From Prorocentrum cordatum (lineage: Eukaryota): a stretch of 64,000 bases of DNA. The stretch spans positions 3,162,001 to 3,226,000 of the forward strand of contig CAUYUJ010000001.1 of the NCBI GenBank assembly GCA_963575745.1, given 5' to 3'. A program made the position numbers and the translations under genes. The notes under the pieces are model-generated. The model worked only from the letters and a program-made list of their open reading frames with translations, was not told the origin of the DNA and did not search any database. Of this stretch, positions 26,666 to 39,316 are shown one piece after another. The first letter of the stretch is position 1. Each line of letters opens with the position of its first letter.

Positions 26666-29600
26666 CTGGCACAGTGGGGTAGCCACATCCAGACATCCGT
26701 CAAAGGCCCTAGCCATCCGTATCGTGCAACGACCAGCCTTCGAGGCAGCCGAGATGCGGACACCACCGTCGGCCGATTGCTGGAAGCACCGATGACTTAG
26801 TCATAAAAGGTGTTTAGCATCAGCCTCTTGATCAGACTCGCCGCTGGGCTGACCCACCTCAGCCGCCTGGTCACACGAAATAGAATATTCTGTCAGCGCC
26901 CTGAAGTTATCAACATCTGCGAGTTCCAGTTCGGCTTTCACCACTTGCGTTTGAATCTCCATCGGTAATTCAGCGGGTCCTTCCATGTCTAGTTTCGGCA
27001 AGGCGTCCGACGCGTCTTTGCCTTGGGCCTCCTGGCCCGTTCCACTATGGCGTGTTTCTTCGAGCTCTTGGTGCCTGAAGTCATCGAAGGGTTCTTCTGC
27101 GGGTGCCGCTCTGCCTCTAGCGCACTTGCGCCGAGGACCTATGATCCATCCCTGGTGGGGCTTCGAAGCCCTACCCATATACATGCAGCATTCCATGCAT
27201 GACAGAAGGCTGTGCTCACCGCCATTGATGGGGCATTCGAGTAACGCATTAATGAGCAGCTTTTCGTGCAGAGCAGCCTGCTCCATCTGCTCATTATCGT
27301 CATCCTTTTTAATGAGAAAACCGTAGTCCAGGAGCTCGAGGGTTTTGCTCATCTGACCAGGCATCGAAGTTACTCGAAACTCGCAGTGCGCTGGATCAAC
27401 ATCGTAGGACAGCGAAATCAGTCATGTTTCAACCGACTTCGCAACGCACTGAGGCAGCCTTCTCGCGCGCCGGTTCTGGTGACGTTTCCTCATGCATGTG
27501 TGAATCTTGCTGTCTGCAAGTTTTTCGCACGAGCAGCCTGTCGCCAGATATAAGCGCAACCGATCTTCATTCGGTACTTGAGCCAGTGCAAGACTTCGAC
27601 AGCACGACGTACCCTTCTCATCCGACATCCCAGGATACGTCTCGTGATGCCCAGCTTCTGCATTCTTCGACAGCTTGGGCTGGGCTTGTTTTTCTTGGAG
27701 GTGACCTGAAGTGCCGAGCAATGCTAGGAGCATTCAGCCACTCTTTTCAGGAACGCCTTTGCGTCCAACGCGGTGTCGTGGTCCATGTCCACGATGTCGT
27801 GCTCAGCATTCTTTAGCATGTTCGATAAAACTTGACTTAGGTTTGGCAGCAATCTGGCGCCGCACCGCATCCGACATAGCTATGGCTAACGTCGGGGGCA
27901 GCCATCGCAGCTCTAGCCTGGCATCAGTGCCCTCCAGTGACTCTCAAACACCTGCGTACATGTGGTGCGAGGAGTGCCCTTCGGGCAGCCAGAATCACAT
28001 GGGCCGCGGTCTCGTTTTGAAGCCCTTGCCACGTTCTAAAATTTGTGGACGCTCCGCGTGCCCCCACCAGTCCATCCAGAAACGATACCTAGGCGACTTG
28101 CACTGATCAGTGAAGTGTGGGAGCATTAGAGAAACAAAGAGGGAGGGGAGGGCAAGCGTCAAAAGAGCATCGGCCTCAGCCCGAGAAGGCCCAAGAGTCA
28201 ATCATCAAGGACGTCGCGGGCGTTTCGCTCTGGGGGCCTCTTGGAGGCCGTTTCGGGCCTTCGTGAGTTGGGGCCATTTTGGATGTCTGTTGGGCTCTTC
28301 TCTGGCCCTCTGCGCCCTCCTGGGGGCGTCGTGTATTCTTGAATTCGTACCGGAGGCCGTCGATCAGCGAACGGAGGATTCTTAAGTATGCCCCCTCCCC
28401 AGTCCGAGGCCCAACCATCCGCTCTTGGGGTGCTTTTGGGCCGCTCCTCGTGTCGTATTGGGGCCCTCTTGGGCTTCTCTTGAAGCTCTCGTGTGCGATA
28501 TTGGAGTCATCCTGGGGTTCCACAATCCAATCGGAAGTGAAACGCGATGATGCAACATTTAAATAGTTTTCGGTAGGGTTTGGGCGGATTTGGGAGCCTC
28601 GGGGGCGTCGCTGATAGACCCCGTGGCCCCTTGGATGATTTGGGCCAGCCTTGGGGCCTCTTTGGAGCCATGTTGGAGGTTGTCTTGATCCAGCTTTGGC
28701 TGCCTTGAGTCCTGAGTCATCTTGGAGGCCGTCTCTGTCTATCTGGAGCCCTCTTGGAGCCATCTTGAGCCACCAAGGGCTCTCTGACCCGCCCCGCCGG
28801 GGCCCACGGGGGAGGGGGAGTGATAAACGCCTCCCCGAAGGGGGCGCTCCCCAACGCCTGCAATAAATTTCCAGTGCCGTGCGTCGACAGCCTTCTCCGT
28901 GGCCGTTGGGCCCGAACTCGTTGACAGGCTGATTCCCTCGGAGCGCAGCGCCCTCGACGCCGCCAGCCGCGCCCGTCGAACGTGACCGGGCGCCCAGGCG
29001 GCGCTGGCGGTCCACGCCCGCCGTCGGCTCCCTGCCTGCTGCGCGGCTTTGGCTTCCGGGCCCCTCCGGCTCCGATGTTAAGGCCCAGTGAAGCGACCCC
29101 CCCCCCCTCCTAAATTCCGTTCAGTGCGTCGCCCGAGCGTCGCCCGTGCGCCGGCCCTGGTTTGCGTCTCTGTCCCGAATCCCGGCCTCCCAGAGCGCGT
29201 GGGCGACGTATGGCGCGACTTCGGAATCTCTCTGGCGATATATAGGTTTCCGACGCCGGTGCACCAGCAGCCATTTTGGCGGTCGCGGCACACTCTAGTT
29301 CGATGGTCCACCAACGCGTTCTGTTTTCAATTCGGCGCAGGAGGATTTGCTGGTGCTCATTTTCGGGGGCGCCAACCGTTGCTGAGGACGAAGGCGCCTC
29401 GCGTTAATTGGGGGCTGCGCGTGTCGCGCCGCGGCGGGGGCGGCGTCGCGTCGCGCGACGCGGCGCCACTTCGCCCCGTCGCATCGCGCCCCGCACCCCC
29501 ATGTCGTTTCGCGCCAATCCTCCTGCCCCCCCCTCTTCCTTCCTCTTCCCCTCGTCCAGCGCGCTGCGCGTTTTGTCCCGTTTGCGAAATTTGTAGTCAG

Positions 29601-30059
29601 TTCTTTTGTGTCGGGCTGCCGTCCTGTCCGCCTCCCTACTCGCCCCTCGTTGTCCCTCCGCCCTCCTCGCCCCCGCCGCCCCCCTTCGATCGCCTTCCAT
29701 CGCTCCCGCCGCCGCTGCGCCGCCCCCGCGCGCCCCCTCCTGGCCCGTCCGCTCCCATTTCCGCCAGCCCTTCCCTCGCCTCACTTCCATCCTCTTCCCC
29801 CCCCAATGCATCGGCGGGCAAGACGTCGCCAAATTGCTGCAGCGACGGACCGATGTTCAAAATCTGACGGGGCGTGCGCTTGAAATGGATTAGTCCGTGC
29901 GCGCTGCATCTTCATGTCGTCTATTGGTCTCCTCGCGTTCGTAGTTCTCACGTGCGTGTCTCGCTATTTCTACGATTGCCGCGCGCGTCCCTTGATTGTT
30001 TCGCCGGCGGGCCGTGCAGTTCACATGCCGTCAGGGGCCCGCGGCGCCCTTCGAGCGAT

Positions 30060-30320
30060 TCGCGCGCGACCTGCGCGCGACGCGCGAACGACCCGAGCGA
30101 CGCCCGCGCGACGCGCGCGCGACGCGCGCGCGACGCGCGCGCGACGCACCCCGACCCGCGCGCGAAGCTCCCCTGCCAGCGCGCGACGCACGATCGACCC
30201 GCGCGACGCACGCGCGACGCACGCGCCACGCGCGCGACGCACGCGCGACGCACGCGCGACGCGCGCGCGACGCACGCGCGACGCACGCGCGACGCACGCG
30301 CGACGCATGCGCGACGCAGT
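30060..30320 (+). repeat. 11-bp (CGCGCGACGCA)n minisatellite
   Basis: About 20 near-identical units, purest at 30200-30315. Confidence 0.92.
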
Positions 30321-31674
30321 CGCGACTTTGCCCGCCCCTAGCATTTCCCCGAGCAGCAATGCGCAACGGCCGTCGGCCCGCCGTGCTTGCGCTGTTCACA
30401 AGTGGCGGCGGCTGCGTCCTCCATTGCGCCAGGAAGGGCGGTGCTTGCCCCTGTTATTTTCCTCTTCCTTCCTCGTCGTCCCTCCTCTTTTGTCATTCCT
30501 CCTCCTTCGTCCTCTCTCCTGCCTCGTCTCCCCCTATCCTCCCCTTCTCCTCCTCCTTTCTACCGGCCTCCCTCTGTCTGTCCCTCCCCCTTCCTCTCTC
30601 GTTTTTGTTTTTTGTTGCCCTTGCCGCCCCGCGCCCCTCTTCATTTTCTGTTTCTCCTTCGGCCCCCCTTCCATCAATGCTTACCAGCCAATCGGGGCCG
30701 AACCCACCGCGCCTCTGGAGAGTGTCGAGGGCTGCGGTCCGCGGCAGCCCATGGACGGGCGCGCGTTGAGTTCTTTGTTGGGCGCGGGCAGAAGCGAGAT
30801 GAACCGACGTATGCCAGCGCGTCCGCAGCGCTTGAGGCTGGTGATTCCGTCGATGGTTATAGCGCGCGCGAGCTTGGCGGCTCTCATTGCCGGCGTTGCC
30901 AGACAGGGAATTGCAAGTCCGCGCTCGCCCCTCAGGGCCTGGTCCCGTTCCGAACAAACACTACTGTCCATTTAAACATGTAGTGCGGTGTGCCTTTGGA
31001 GGCCTCGCAATGGCTCGGCGCTGATCGGGGGTTCCTTGCAGCGCGAGGCGGTGCGAGCATCGCGCGGGCGCGTTGGCGGGTGATCCCGCGAACTGCTTGG
31101 CGCAGCTTGTATTTTTGTGATTGTCGTCTTGCGCGTGCAATGTGCCCGGTGTGGCCACTGTGCCTCGCGTGCCTGGCGCCCCGCTGGTTTGCCTGTCGCG
31201 CGCGCGGCGCGCGCGCTTGCCGCGGGTTGCCTTCGATGTATTTTTGCTTGTGTTCCCTGCCCTCCCGCATTTTCGGCCCTCGCTTTGAATTCGCGGCGCT
31301 TCGCGCCATATCTTTTCTCCTCTACTCTCCCCCCCTCTCCTTGTCCTCGTCTTCCTGATATTGTTCCTCCCCGCTTCGTTTCATCCTTGTCCGTCCCCTT
31401 CCTTTTTGCGCGGTGGGCTTTCGGTTTGTAGCCGCGCCGAGGCAATTTCAGCACGCCCTTCGCGCCGCGCGCTGTTCGTTGTCCCCATGCGGCTTGACAT
31501 TGAAAATCCCTGTGGTGTAAATCGTATGCTGGCGCCGCAACAAGTCTAGCGCGCGTGATGGCCCCGTGCGCATCCTTGCCGACGCGTCGTGGTCGCGCGC
31601 CGCCTCGCCGACCATTCCATAACCATTTTCACAATGTCGGTTGCCTTATAAGGAGCTCAACCGATATCCCACAG

Positions 31675-32560
31675 AACACAGGCCGCACGCCGCCGCCCAG
31701 ACTCTTTGAGGGCCGTTTCTCTCGCGGCTCGCGTCTCCATATTTTTGGACTTCCATTGAAGGCCCCTGCGGCACAGGCCGCGAGCCGCGTCCGGGCCATT
31801 TCAACGCGCACGCCGCGCCATTCGTGGCCCCATAGGGACCGCCACCGAATGCTTTGTGGGATAGGCCGTTTGCCACCGCCCAAACCGTTTTAGTTCATTC
31901 AATGTACGGTTCGCGGACCCCCGCGGAGCTGTGCCAAATGTATTGAGGTTGCGCAGGACGCATGCCACTGCGCAGACGTCTGAGCACGCCCATCGAACGG
32001 TTCGGCGCCCAATCATACGAAACCCCATCGAAGGCGTTTGTAGCGCAGGGCGCATGCTGCCGCTCAGACTCTTTTAAAACGCCAGCCATGCGTTCCGTGG
32101 CAATATGAGGGGTTCCGCCGGAAACGCTGGTGACACAGGCCGCGGGTCGCCGCCCGGGCCATTTCAACAGTCTTCGCACGATCCGCGGCCGCCTGAGGAA
32201 ACTCCATTGGAGGGTCGTCAGGCACAAACCGCACGCCGCCACGCAGACCATTTAGCACACACCCCTCACGGTTCGTGGCCCCGTAGGGAACTCTGCCGAA
32301 AGCGCTTGTGGCACATGCCGCATTGCGCCGTCCAGTCCATTTCAGCACGCGGCCAACGTGTTTTGTTGCCAAATGTGGAGCACAGGCCGCAAGCCGCCGC
32401 CCCAAGCCAATTCAGTGCTGTCTCGCGCGATTCGTGGCCCACTGGGAGTTCTAGCGAAAGGTTTTGTGGCGCAGGTTGTTTGCCGCCGCCCGGACCATTT
32501 AAGCGCAGTCGTCACGCGCTTGGTGGCTTCATGGGGAGCTCCACAGGATGCCCTTGTGGT
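31675..32560 (-). repeat. Degenerate ~90-bp minisatellite, array 1
   Basis: Unit is roughly cacaggccgc..gccgccgccc.gaccatttca.cacgc...ttcgtggccccataggga..ccgccgaagg. Core at about 31821, 31910, 32000, 32272 and 32431. Confidence 0.8.
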
Positions 32561-33799
32561 AAATTTCGCATGCGGACTACTTGTGTTCGCGCGTGTCGGG
32601 CGGTCTTGTCTATTTTCGCGCTGCGTTCAGAAAGTGTTGGCTCTTTCTCCAGGCTCACTCTGTATTGGAGGGGCAGAAGGGAAACATCGGAAAAAAACGG
32701 ACCAGCATGATGAGGACGATCGATGGCGGGGTCACTATTTGAAGGATGACGCAGGCGAGGGGCGCCTCCGATGAGGGGCATTCAGAGCATTTGTTTGGCA
32801 TGTGGGCGAGCAGTGTTTCACAGTTGCAATATATTTTGGTGCGACTCGGAGCTGTCGCAGTGCGCGGGCGGACGGCATTGGAGGCAGGATCGACGAGGGG
32901 GGCGTAGGAGCAGAATCGAGGGGGGGCGAGGGGCAGAAACGGGGGCGGCGGGCAGGGTAGGGGGGGGGCAGAGGGCTCTGCGGGGAAGCCCATGGAAGGC
33001 TCCGCGAGGGCTCCCATGGGCCCGCGGTGGGTCCGGACTCCCCCCCCCGCGGTGGGTCCGGACTCCCCTCGGCATCGTTTTTTTACACGTCTGGGAGGAC
33101 TGCCGAGGGGAGTCCGAACCCACCGCGGCCCCCATGGGCGCTCCCGCAGCGGTGGGTTCGGACTCCCCTCGGCAGTGGTTTTTGACATGTCCGGAGGGGC
33201 ATGGCGCGGGCTCGGCATGGCCCCCCGGGGCCCTCGAGTCCGTTGCGACTGGGGATCCAAAGCGCTGTCTAGGTCCCAGAGTTGTCGTGTCGTTGGGGGC
33301 ATGGGCGGGGGAGTCAACCGATGCTGCCTCCAGATTATGACACTGGGTGTGCGAAAATGAGCCGATGGAGCCTGAGCGGGACCTGCAGTGGGCCGTCCTG
33401 GAGCTGTCTTCATGTCTTGTATCAGTGCCGTATCAGGATGTTATGTTTTTTTCTCGGGGGCATCTTGGCGACTCCCTGGTGCCCCATGGGGGAGCAATGG
33501 AAGGCTTGGGATTGCGTTGCCGCGGACTCGGTTTGTCTTCGAGCCGTCCTTCGCTTGCCTTGGAGGCGACGTGGAGGCATGTGAACCGTCGGAAGAGTAG
33601 TGTGATGGAGCTCTTGGAGGCCGTCGTTTTGTTCTAATTATCGTGTCTGTTGGGTCCTCGTTGTGAGCCCGCAGTGCTGAACGCCTCCTCTTCTGTCTTC
33701 CCCCCTCTACCGCCGCCTCCTACTCCAAGTCGCTTCATTTGCTCTTCGTGTATCCTTTTTTTTTGCATGGTGGATCTTTGCTTTGGCTCTGCCAATGCA

Positions 33800-34950
33800 G
33801 TTTCGGCACGCCGTCTGAACGATTCGTGGCCCCATAGGGCCCCGCCGAAGGCCTCCGTAGCACAGGCCTCTTTCCGCTGCCCGATGCCAATTCAGCACGC
33901 ACCCCGCACGGTTCGCGGCCCCATAAGACGGTGACACCGAAGATTCTCGCAGCAAAGGATGCGTGCCGCCGCCCAAACCATGTCAGCACACCCTTCGTTC
34001 GGTTCGTGGCCCCATAGGATGCTGCGCCGAAGTCTTTTGCAGCTCGGGCCGCTTGTCGCCGCCCAGACAACTTAAGCACCCCCCTCAAGCAGTTCGTGGC
34101 CCCATGAGAAATCCCACCGCGGGCCCTTCTAACACAGGCCGCCTGCCGCCGCCTAGTCCACTGAAGGTCTTGCTTCGCACCGCTCGTGGCCCCGAAGGGA
34201 ACCCCGCCGAAGGTTTTTGGGCATAGGCCGCATGCCGCCGCCCAGACCGCTTCAGTTCTGTATTCACACGATTCGTGGCGCCATGGAAAGTTCGGCCGAA
34301 CATTATTGTTAGTGCGCAGGCTGCGTGCTTCCGACCGTGCATGGTCAAATGAAGTATCCCGCGTGTCGCGGCTTCATTGAGGTCAACGCGGAAGGTTGCT
34401 GTTGCACGCGCCGCGCGCCGTCGCCGAAAGCATAGCAGCACGTTCTCACGCGGCTCGTGGCTCCACAGGGGGCAACGCAGATGGCTTCTGTCGCACAGGC
34501 CGCTTGCCACCGCCCAATCCACTCCAGCACCCCCTCACACTGTTCGTTGCCACGCAGGGAGCTCGACCGAAATTTGTCGTTCCAGCACAGGCCGCACGCC
34601 GCTGCCCAGTGCATTTCATGTTTGACCTCTTGCAATCGTGGTCCCATACGGAACCCCGCCGAAGGCCTTTGTAGCGCAGGCAATTTTTCGTTGCCTGGGC
34701 CATGTCAGCACGCCCTGACACGGTTTGTGGCCCCATAGGGAACGCCGCCAAAAGTTTTGAAGCACAGGCCGCTTGCCGCCGCCGAGACCATTTCAGTCCT
34801 TTCTTCATTCGGTTCGTGGCATCATAGGGAGCTCCACCGCCAGCCATTGTAGCACAAGCCGCGCGCCGCCGCCCGGACCATGTCCGTACAGTCTTCACAC
34901 GGTTCGCTTGTGGCCTCCAAGGGGGGTGCACCGAAGGTTTTTGCGGCACA
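33800..34950 (-). repeat. Degenerate ~90-bp minisatellite, array 2 (~13 units)
   Basis: ttcgtggcccc core at about 33823, 33912, 34003, 34092, 34183, 34272, 34455, 34636, 34724 and 34812. Confidence 0.85.
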
Positions 34951-36471
34951 CTTCGCTTGCGGGCTCGATGTGCTGGTTAGTGTTGCATGCGCGCTGCGTT
35001 CTGAAAGGGTCTGCCTCTTCGCGAACATAAGTATGTGAGTCTGTGTGGGGCTCGTCGTGGCGCTTTTCTATGAATGCGTGAAACTGCGCCCTGAAAGAAG
35101 ACGAGTCTTGCGTTTGGACGACCGGTAATGTCAGTCATGCCAACCTTGCAGCGCGAACCCTTTTAAACCTAGCGTGAGACGTGCCTTCACCGTCAGCCCC
35201 GACCTTTGGCGACACACGCGTGGCGCTGCAGACATTCCGCAAAATCGACTTCACCACAAGTGTGCGGGAGGCGCGCTAATCGCAAATAATTGGGCACGCA
35301 ATTGCCAGAGGCGCAATAAAACGCAACATTTGTTGCATCGCTGCGCGACGAAAGCGTAAATCTGTGTGCCGGCCGAAAGCATTACAGGACAGCAACACCG
35401 TGACACATGATGCAGCCAACTCTGACCACCGCGGGGGGGCGCGGTGGGTTCGGTCCCGATTGCTTGGTACTTACTCATTCCATGGCCGCGGCGCGTCGCC
35501 GCGAGCGGCGCCCCCGCCTTCCGCGAACGGCCCCGCCGCTGGCGGTGGAAGAGGAAGAGTACGAGGAGAAAAGGAGGGGGGGGCAGCGGCGCGAGGCGAG
35601 CGCGGCGGCAAGGGCGGCCCGGCAGGGAAATGGGGGGGGGGAGGGCGGAGTGGGCGGGTGCTTCTGTAATGGTCATGTTGGTGATCATGGTCGTGGTCGC
35701 GCTCGTCGCCTTGGTCGCGCTAGCGGCGGTCGCGCCGCTGGTGGTGGGCGGGCTGGTGGTGGTCACGTCGGTGATCGTGCTGGTGTCGGTCGTTGTGGTG
35801 GTCGCGAGAAGCGTGGTGGTCGTGGTGGTGGTGATGGCGGTAAATGGTGCTGGTCGTAATCGTCGCGGTGGATGTGGTTGCGGTCGCATCCGTTTGTGGT
35901 GATCGTGGCGGCGGTAGTTTTGGCGCTGGCGGCGGTTGCGGCGGTTGTGGTGGCGGCTGCGGGGGCCTGCTGGCCTATCGCCGGGGTGCGTTCAGCAGCG
36001 CCGCTGCATATGTAATGTTTGAGGGGTTTGCTGATCTGCCGAGGCGGCCCAGCGGCCGCCTTCTTCTCGCCAAGGGCGACGTGCACGTTCGAGAGGGCGG
36101 CTGGCCTTTTCGGCGGCCGACGCGCGGGCGGCGCACGGGCGACGAATGCGCGACGCACCTCCTGTCGCGAAGGGGGGGGGTCAGCGCGCCGGTCGCTTTA
36201 CTGGGCCTTAACAGGCCCCGACGACGGGGGAGAGGTGGGCCCGGGCCCTTTCGGCAGCCCGCCAGGCCGCGGTCATCGCGGCCTCAGCCGAGCGGCCGCG
36301 GCGTGACCAGTGGAGCGGAGCGGCCGCGGGGACTCCCCGCGCGCCTCCGCTGGTGGCGCTCCGCAGGCCGTCCGCTCGGGCAGCTCTGCCCAGTGCGACC
36401 CCCTGGGCTGGGCGTCGCCTGGCAAGGATCCACGAGGCGGTTCGGCATCGTCTCCGGCGGCTGGGCCCGCG

Positions 36472-37455
36472 GCTGACCCCCTGCGGCAGGAGCGGGCTCG
36501 GCCGACGGCGCAGCGGGGCTATTGCGACGTGCTGGAGCGTCTGGCGAGCCATCTCTGCCAGCATCCGCTGCCCGCCTGGTCGGGCCCGCAGGGGGGCGAG
36601 CGGCTGTTCGGCTTCGTCGAGTGGGCGCGCGGCTCGGGCTGGAATCCGAGCCTTGGTCGCCCGCCTGCTGGCCGCCGTGGCGTGGGCGCAGCCGGGCCTG
36701 GGAGGTCCACTTCGGCGGGTCTCCCTTGGCGCGCGCGGCGATGCTTGGCCGGCGCCAGAAGCGGCCGCCTCGCGGCCGGCAGCCGCTGCCGCGGGGCGTC
36801 GTGCTGGCCCTTGCGTGGGGCATGCTGCCCGCGTGCACCGTGGAGGCGCTGACCGTCGCGGTGATGCTCGAGACCTGCGCGTGGCCCTCCGTACTGTTAA
36901 GCCTCAGTGTGTCGCAGCTTGTTCCTCCCACGAACAGGCGCGGGCCTGGGGTTTGCCAGGGCGTCTGCGTCCACGTGGAGCTCGGGGGGCCGTCCAAGAG
37001 GCAGGAGTTTGACCTCGGCGTGCTACTCGACCTGGAGCGCCACTGGCCGCTCATCCCCGCACTGCGCGCCCTGCGGGGGTCTCGCAGCCCCCTGGCCCGC
37101 CTGTTCAACATCGACTCCAGGCAGTCGCACAGCGCGTTCGCAGACGCCGTGGAGCAGCTGGGGGGTCTCCTCGGTCGAGCCGACCACGTGCTCTTTGTGG
37201 CGCGGGGGCGCCAGCCGCGACCGCCTCGTGCACGCGCGCTCGCTCGCAAAGGTGCAGCGGCGCGGCCATTGGCGGAACTTCCGGAGCGTGGCAAGTTGCG
37301 ACGAGCACGCTCGGGTCTCTTTGCAATTCGGCAGGATGGCGCCTCCGCTTCAGGCTCGGATTGCGGATCTTGTGGACCGAGGCGTCCAGCCCCTCGCCGA
37401 GCGCTGCGCCTCGTTCTTGCGCAGCCGCAGCCAGCGGGGCGACGCATCCTCCTAG
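36472..37455 (+). mobile_element. Tyrosine recombinase relic of a DIRS-like retrotransposon (frameshifted, catalytic residues lost)
   Basis: Stitched frames read LRQERARPTAQRGY..; RQPLPRGVVLALA; MLETCAWPSVLLSL (box I, cf. ETYxRPSE); PSKRQEFDLGVLLD; PTTCSLWRGGASRD (cf. YSLRHGGAS); VQRRGHWRNFRSVASCDEH (cf. G[RH]W..xSVxRY). This is the R-K-HxxR-W-Y order of YR integrases. Confidence 0.82.
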
Positions 37456-37521
37456 ACCAGCCCCATAGGCGCAGAGCGTCGCCGTAATATGTGTAACATC
37501 GTCGTGCATTGTTATCACTAA

Positions 37522-38135
37522 GATTTCTTGCGTGACGATGTATTTCACATGCTGCTGGGGGGGGGGGGGGGTCAGGTCAGGCCTCGTTCAGGGACTGTGG
37601 AGCGGGACTCTGTGCCAGTCCTTCACCCTTGCTTGTCGCGCTCCGCAGCGGTCCAGCCTTCCCCAACGGTTGAGAAGCAACGAGTATCCTCGTGGGCTCC
37701 CTGGCCTGTGTGATCGGGATGAGCATATTGTTGCTGAAGGCAATGGACTCGCCCGCCGTAGCGGCCTCCTGCTTGACGCTGTCATCGAAAGACGGTTGCC
37801 TTGTGGAGAGGAAAATCCACCGCAGTCTTTCTTGTGGTCAGAGTGCGGGCGGCCCGCTTTGTCCGAACAGGGCGCCTGTGCCAGCTATGCGATTAATTGC
37901 TGTGCGTTCGGCGCGCCTTGAAGAGCCTGTGCCGCGTGGCAGCTTTGTAATTTCAGGTGTGTTGAGTTGGTCAATGCCAAATGCAGTGGAAGAGGTAAAG
38001 GTATTTTTTTGTGGGAGGCCCCACTGCCAATCGGACGGTCCAGTGGGCAAGGGGGGCTTCCACGCAGAACAGGAACAACTTTTCCCCGACAGGTCGTGTA
38101 CGGTACTAGCCATGGCTATCGCCCATCCTTTCGGC
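37522..38135 (+). pseudogene. C5 cytosine DNA methyltransferase-like domain relic directly downstream of the recombinase
   Basis: Reads DFLRDDVFHMLLG/VRSGLVQGLWSGTLCQSFT (motif IV-like GxPCxSF at 37604-37624), LRSNEYPRGLPGL..EGN, CGEENP (motif VI-like at 37808-37819), CCAFGAP*R (motif VIII region, stop at 37919-37921), then GRPHCQ...FPDRSCTVLA. Motif I FxGxG is not found and appears deleted. Confidence 0.68.
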
Positions 38136-38534
38136 ACCTTGTGCGTCCAGGCCGCGTGGCCCGTTTTCTCTTTTCCCGGCTCCTTTCAGTCTTGCTTGAC
38201 AGAGGGCCTTGGGGGGGAGGGTCTTGTAAAAAGTTTCGTCGAAGAAATTCGCCATGCCAGTGCTGTTTGCGGGGGTCTCTGGAATTGGGCAGTTTCGGTG
38301 TGTGGCGCGCTTGTTCGGTCTCCGCAAGCAGTGGTCGGGAATAGAGCAGTCGACGTCATCATTGTGCCCCGTGGTAATGATTCGACCTCAGCATCCGGTG
38401 TCCGCTTTCTAGGCTTTTTCGTTCACCCAGAAGAACCTTCCCACCTAGAAAGCTGGGAAGCTAGGCCAGTTTCGGTTTGTAGCGTGCTCGCTTGGTCTCC
38501 GCAAGCAGTGGTCCAGAAAAAAACGGTTGAAGTC

Positions 38535-39316
38535 ATGATGCTGATGATGAGGATGTTGTTGATGATGATGCTCGTGATGATGATGACGACGGTGATGATG
38601 AAGGTACTCGTTCTGATGATGATGCGGATGCCGATGATGATGGTGATGGTGATGATGATGATGATGATTTGCTGTTGCTGATGATGCTGCTGATGATGAT
38701 ACGGATGGCGACGGCGATGACGATCATGATCATACTGATAACGATAGCGATGCTGTTGCTGATGATGGTGGGGATGAATCAGAGGACGATGCTGATGATG
38801 ATGATTCGGACACGGATGGTACTGATGATGTGGATTATGATGTTGCAGATGGTGATGATGATGACAACGGACGACGACAATGATGATGATAACCGTGATG
38901 CTGGTGATGGTGATGACCGGGATGGCGACGACGATGGACGACGACGACAATGATGACGCTGATGATGGTGATGGTGATAATGACGGTGATGACGACGATG
39001 ACGGTGATGCTGCTGCTGATGATGGTGGTCATGACGATTATGGGACTGATGGTAATACGGCTGATGATGACGAGCAGGATGGTGCCGCGGATGTTGCTGT
39101 TTGGATGATCATTTTGCTGGTGGTGGGGGTGCTGGTAGTAATGATGGGTCTGATGATGCCGATTATGGAGATGATGATGATGCTGATGATGATGATGATG
39201 ATGATGACGATGATGATGATGATGATGAGGATGATGAGGATGATGATGGTGATGCTCGTGACAGTGATGATGTAGAAGGTGGTGGTGGTGGTGGCGATGA
39301 TTGTGATGATGGTGAT
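38535..39316 (+). repeat. Highly degenerate (GAT)n tract
   Basis: GAT/GAC/GCT/GGT triplets over about 780 bp. Confidence 0.93.

Noticed and set aside
29262..29280. Second DinoSL relic (agccattttggc)
   Set aside because: Only a 12-nt core matches and the flanks diverge. gccattttgg also arises inside TCTTGG-family repeats (22358, 23379, 28274, 46769).
36472..37455. Prophage or bacterial integrase contamination
   Set aside because: Embedded in eukaryotic microsatellites and heavily decayed; the motif style and linked domain fit YR retrotransposons.
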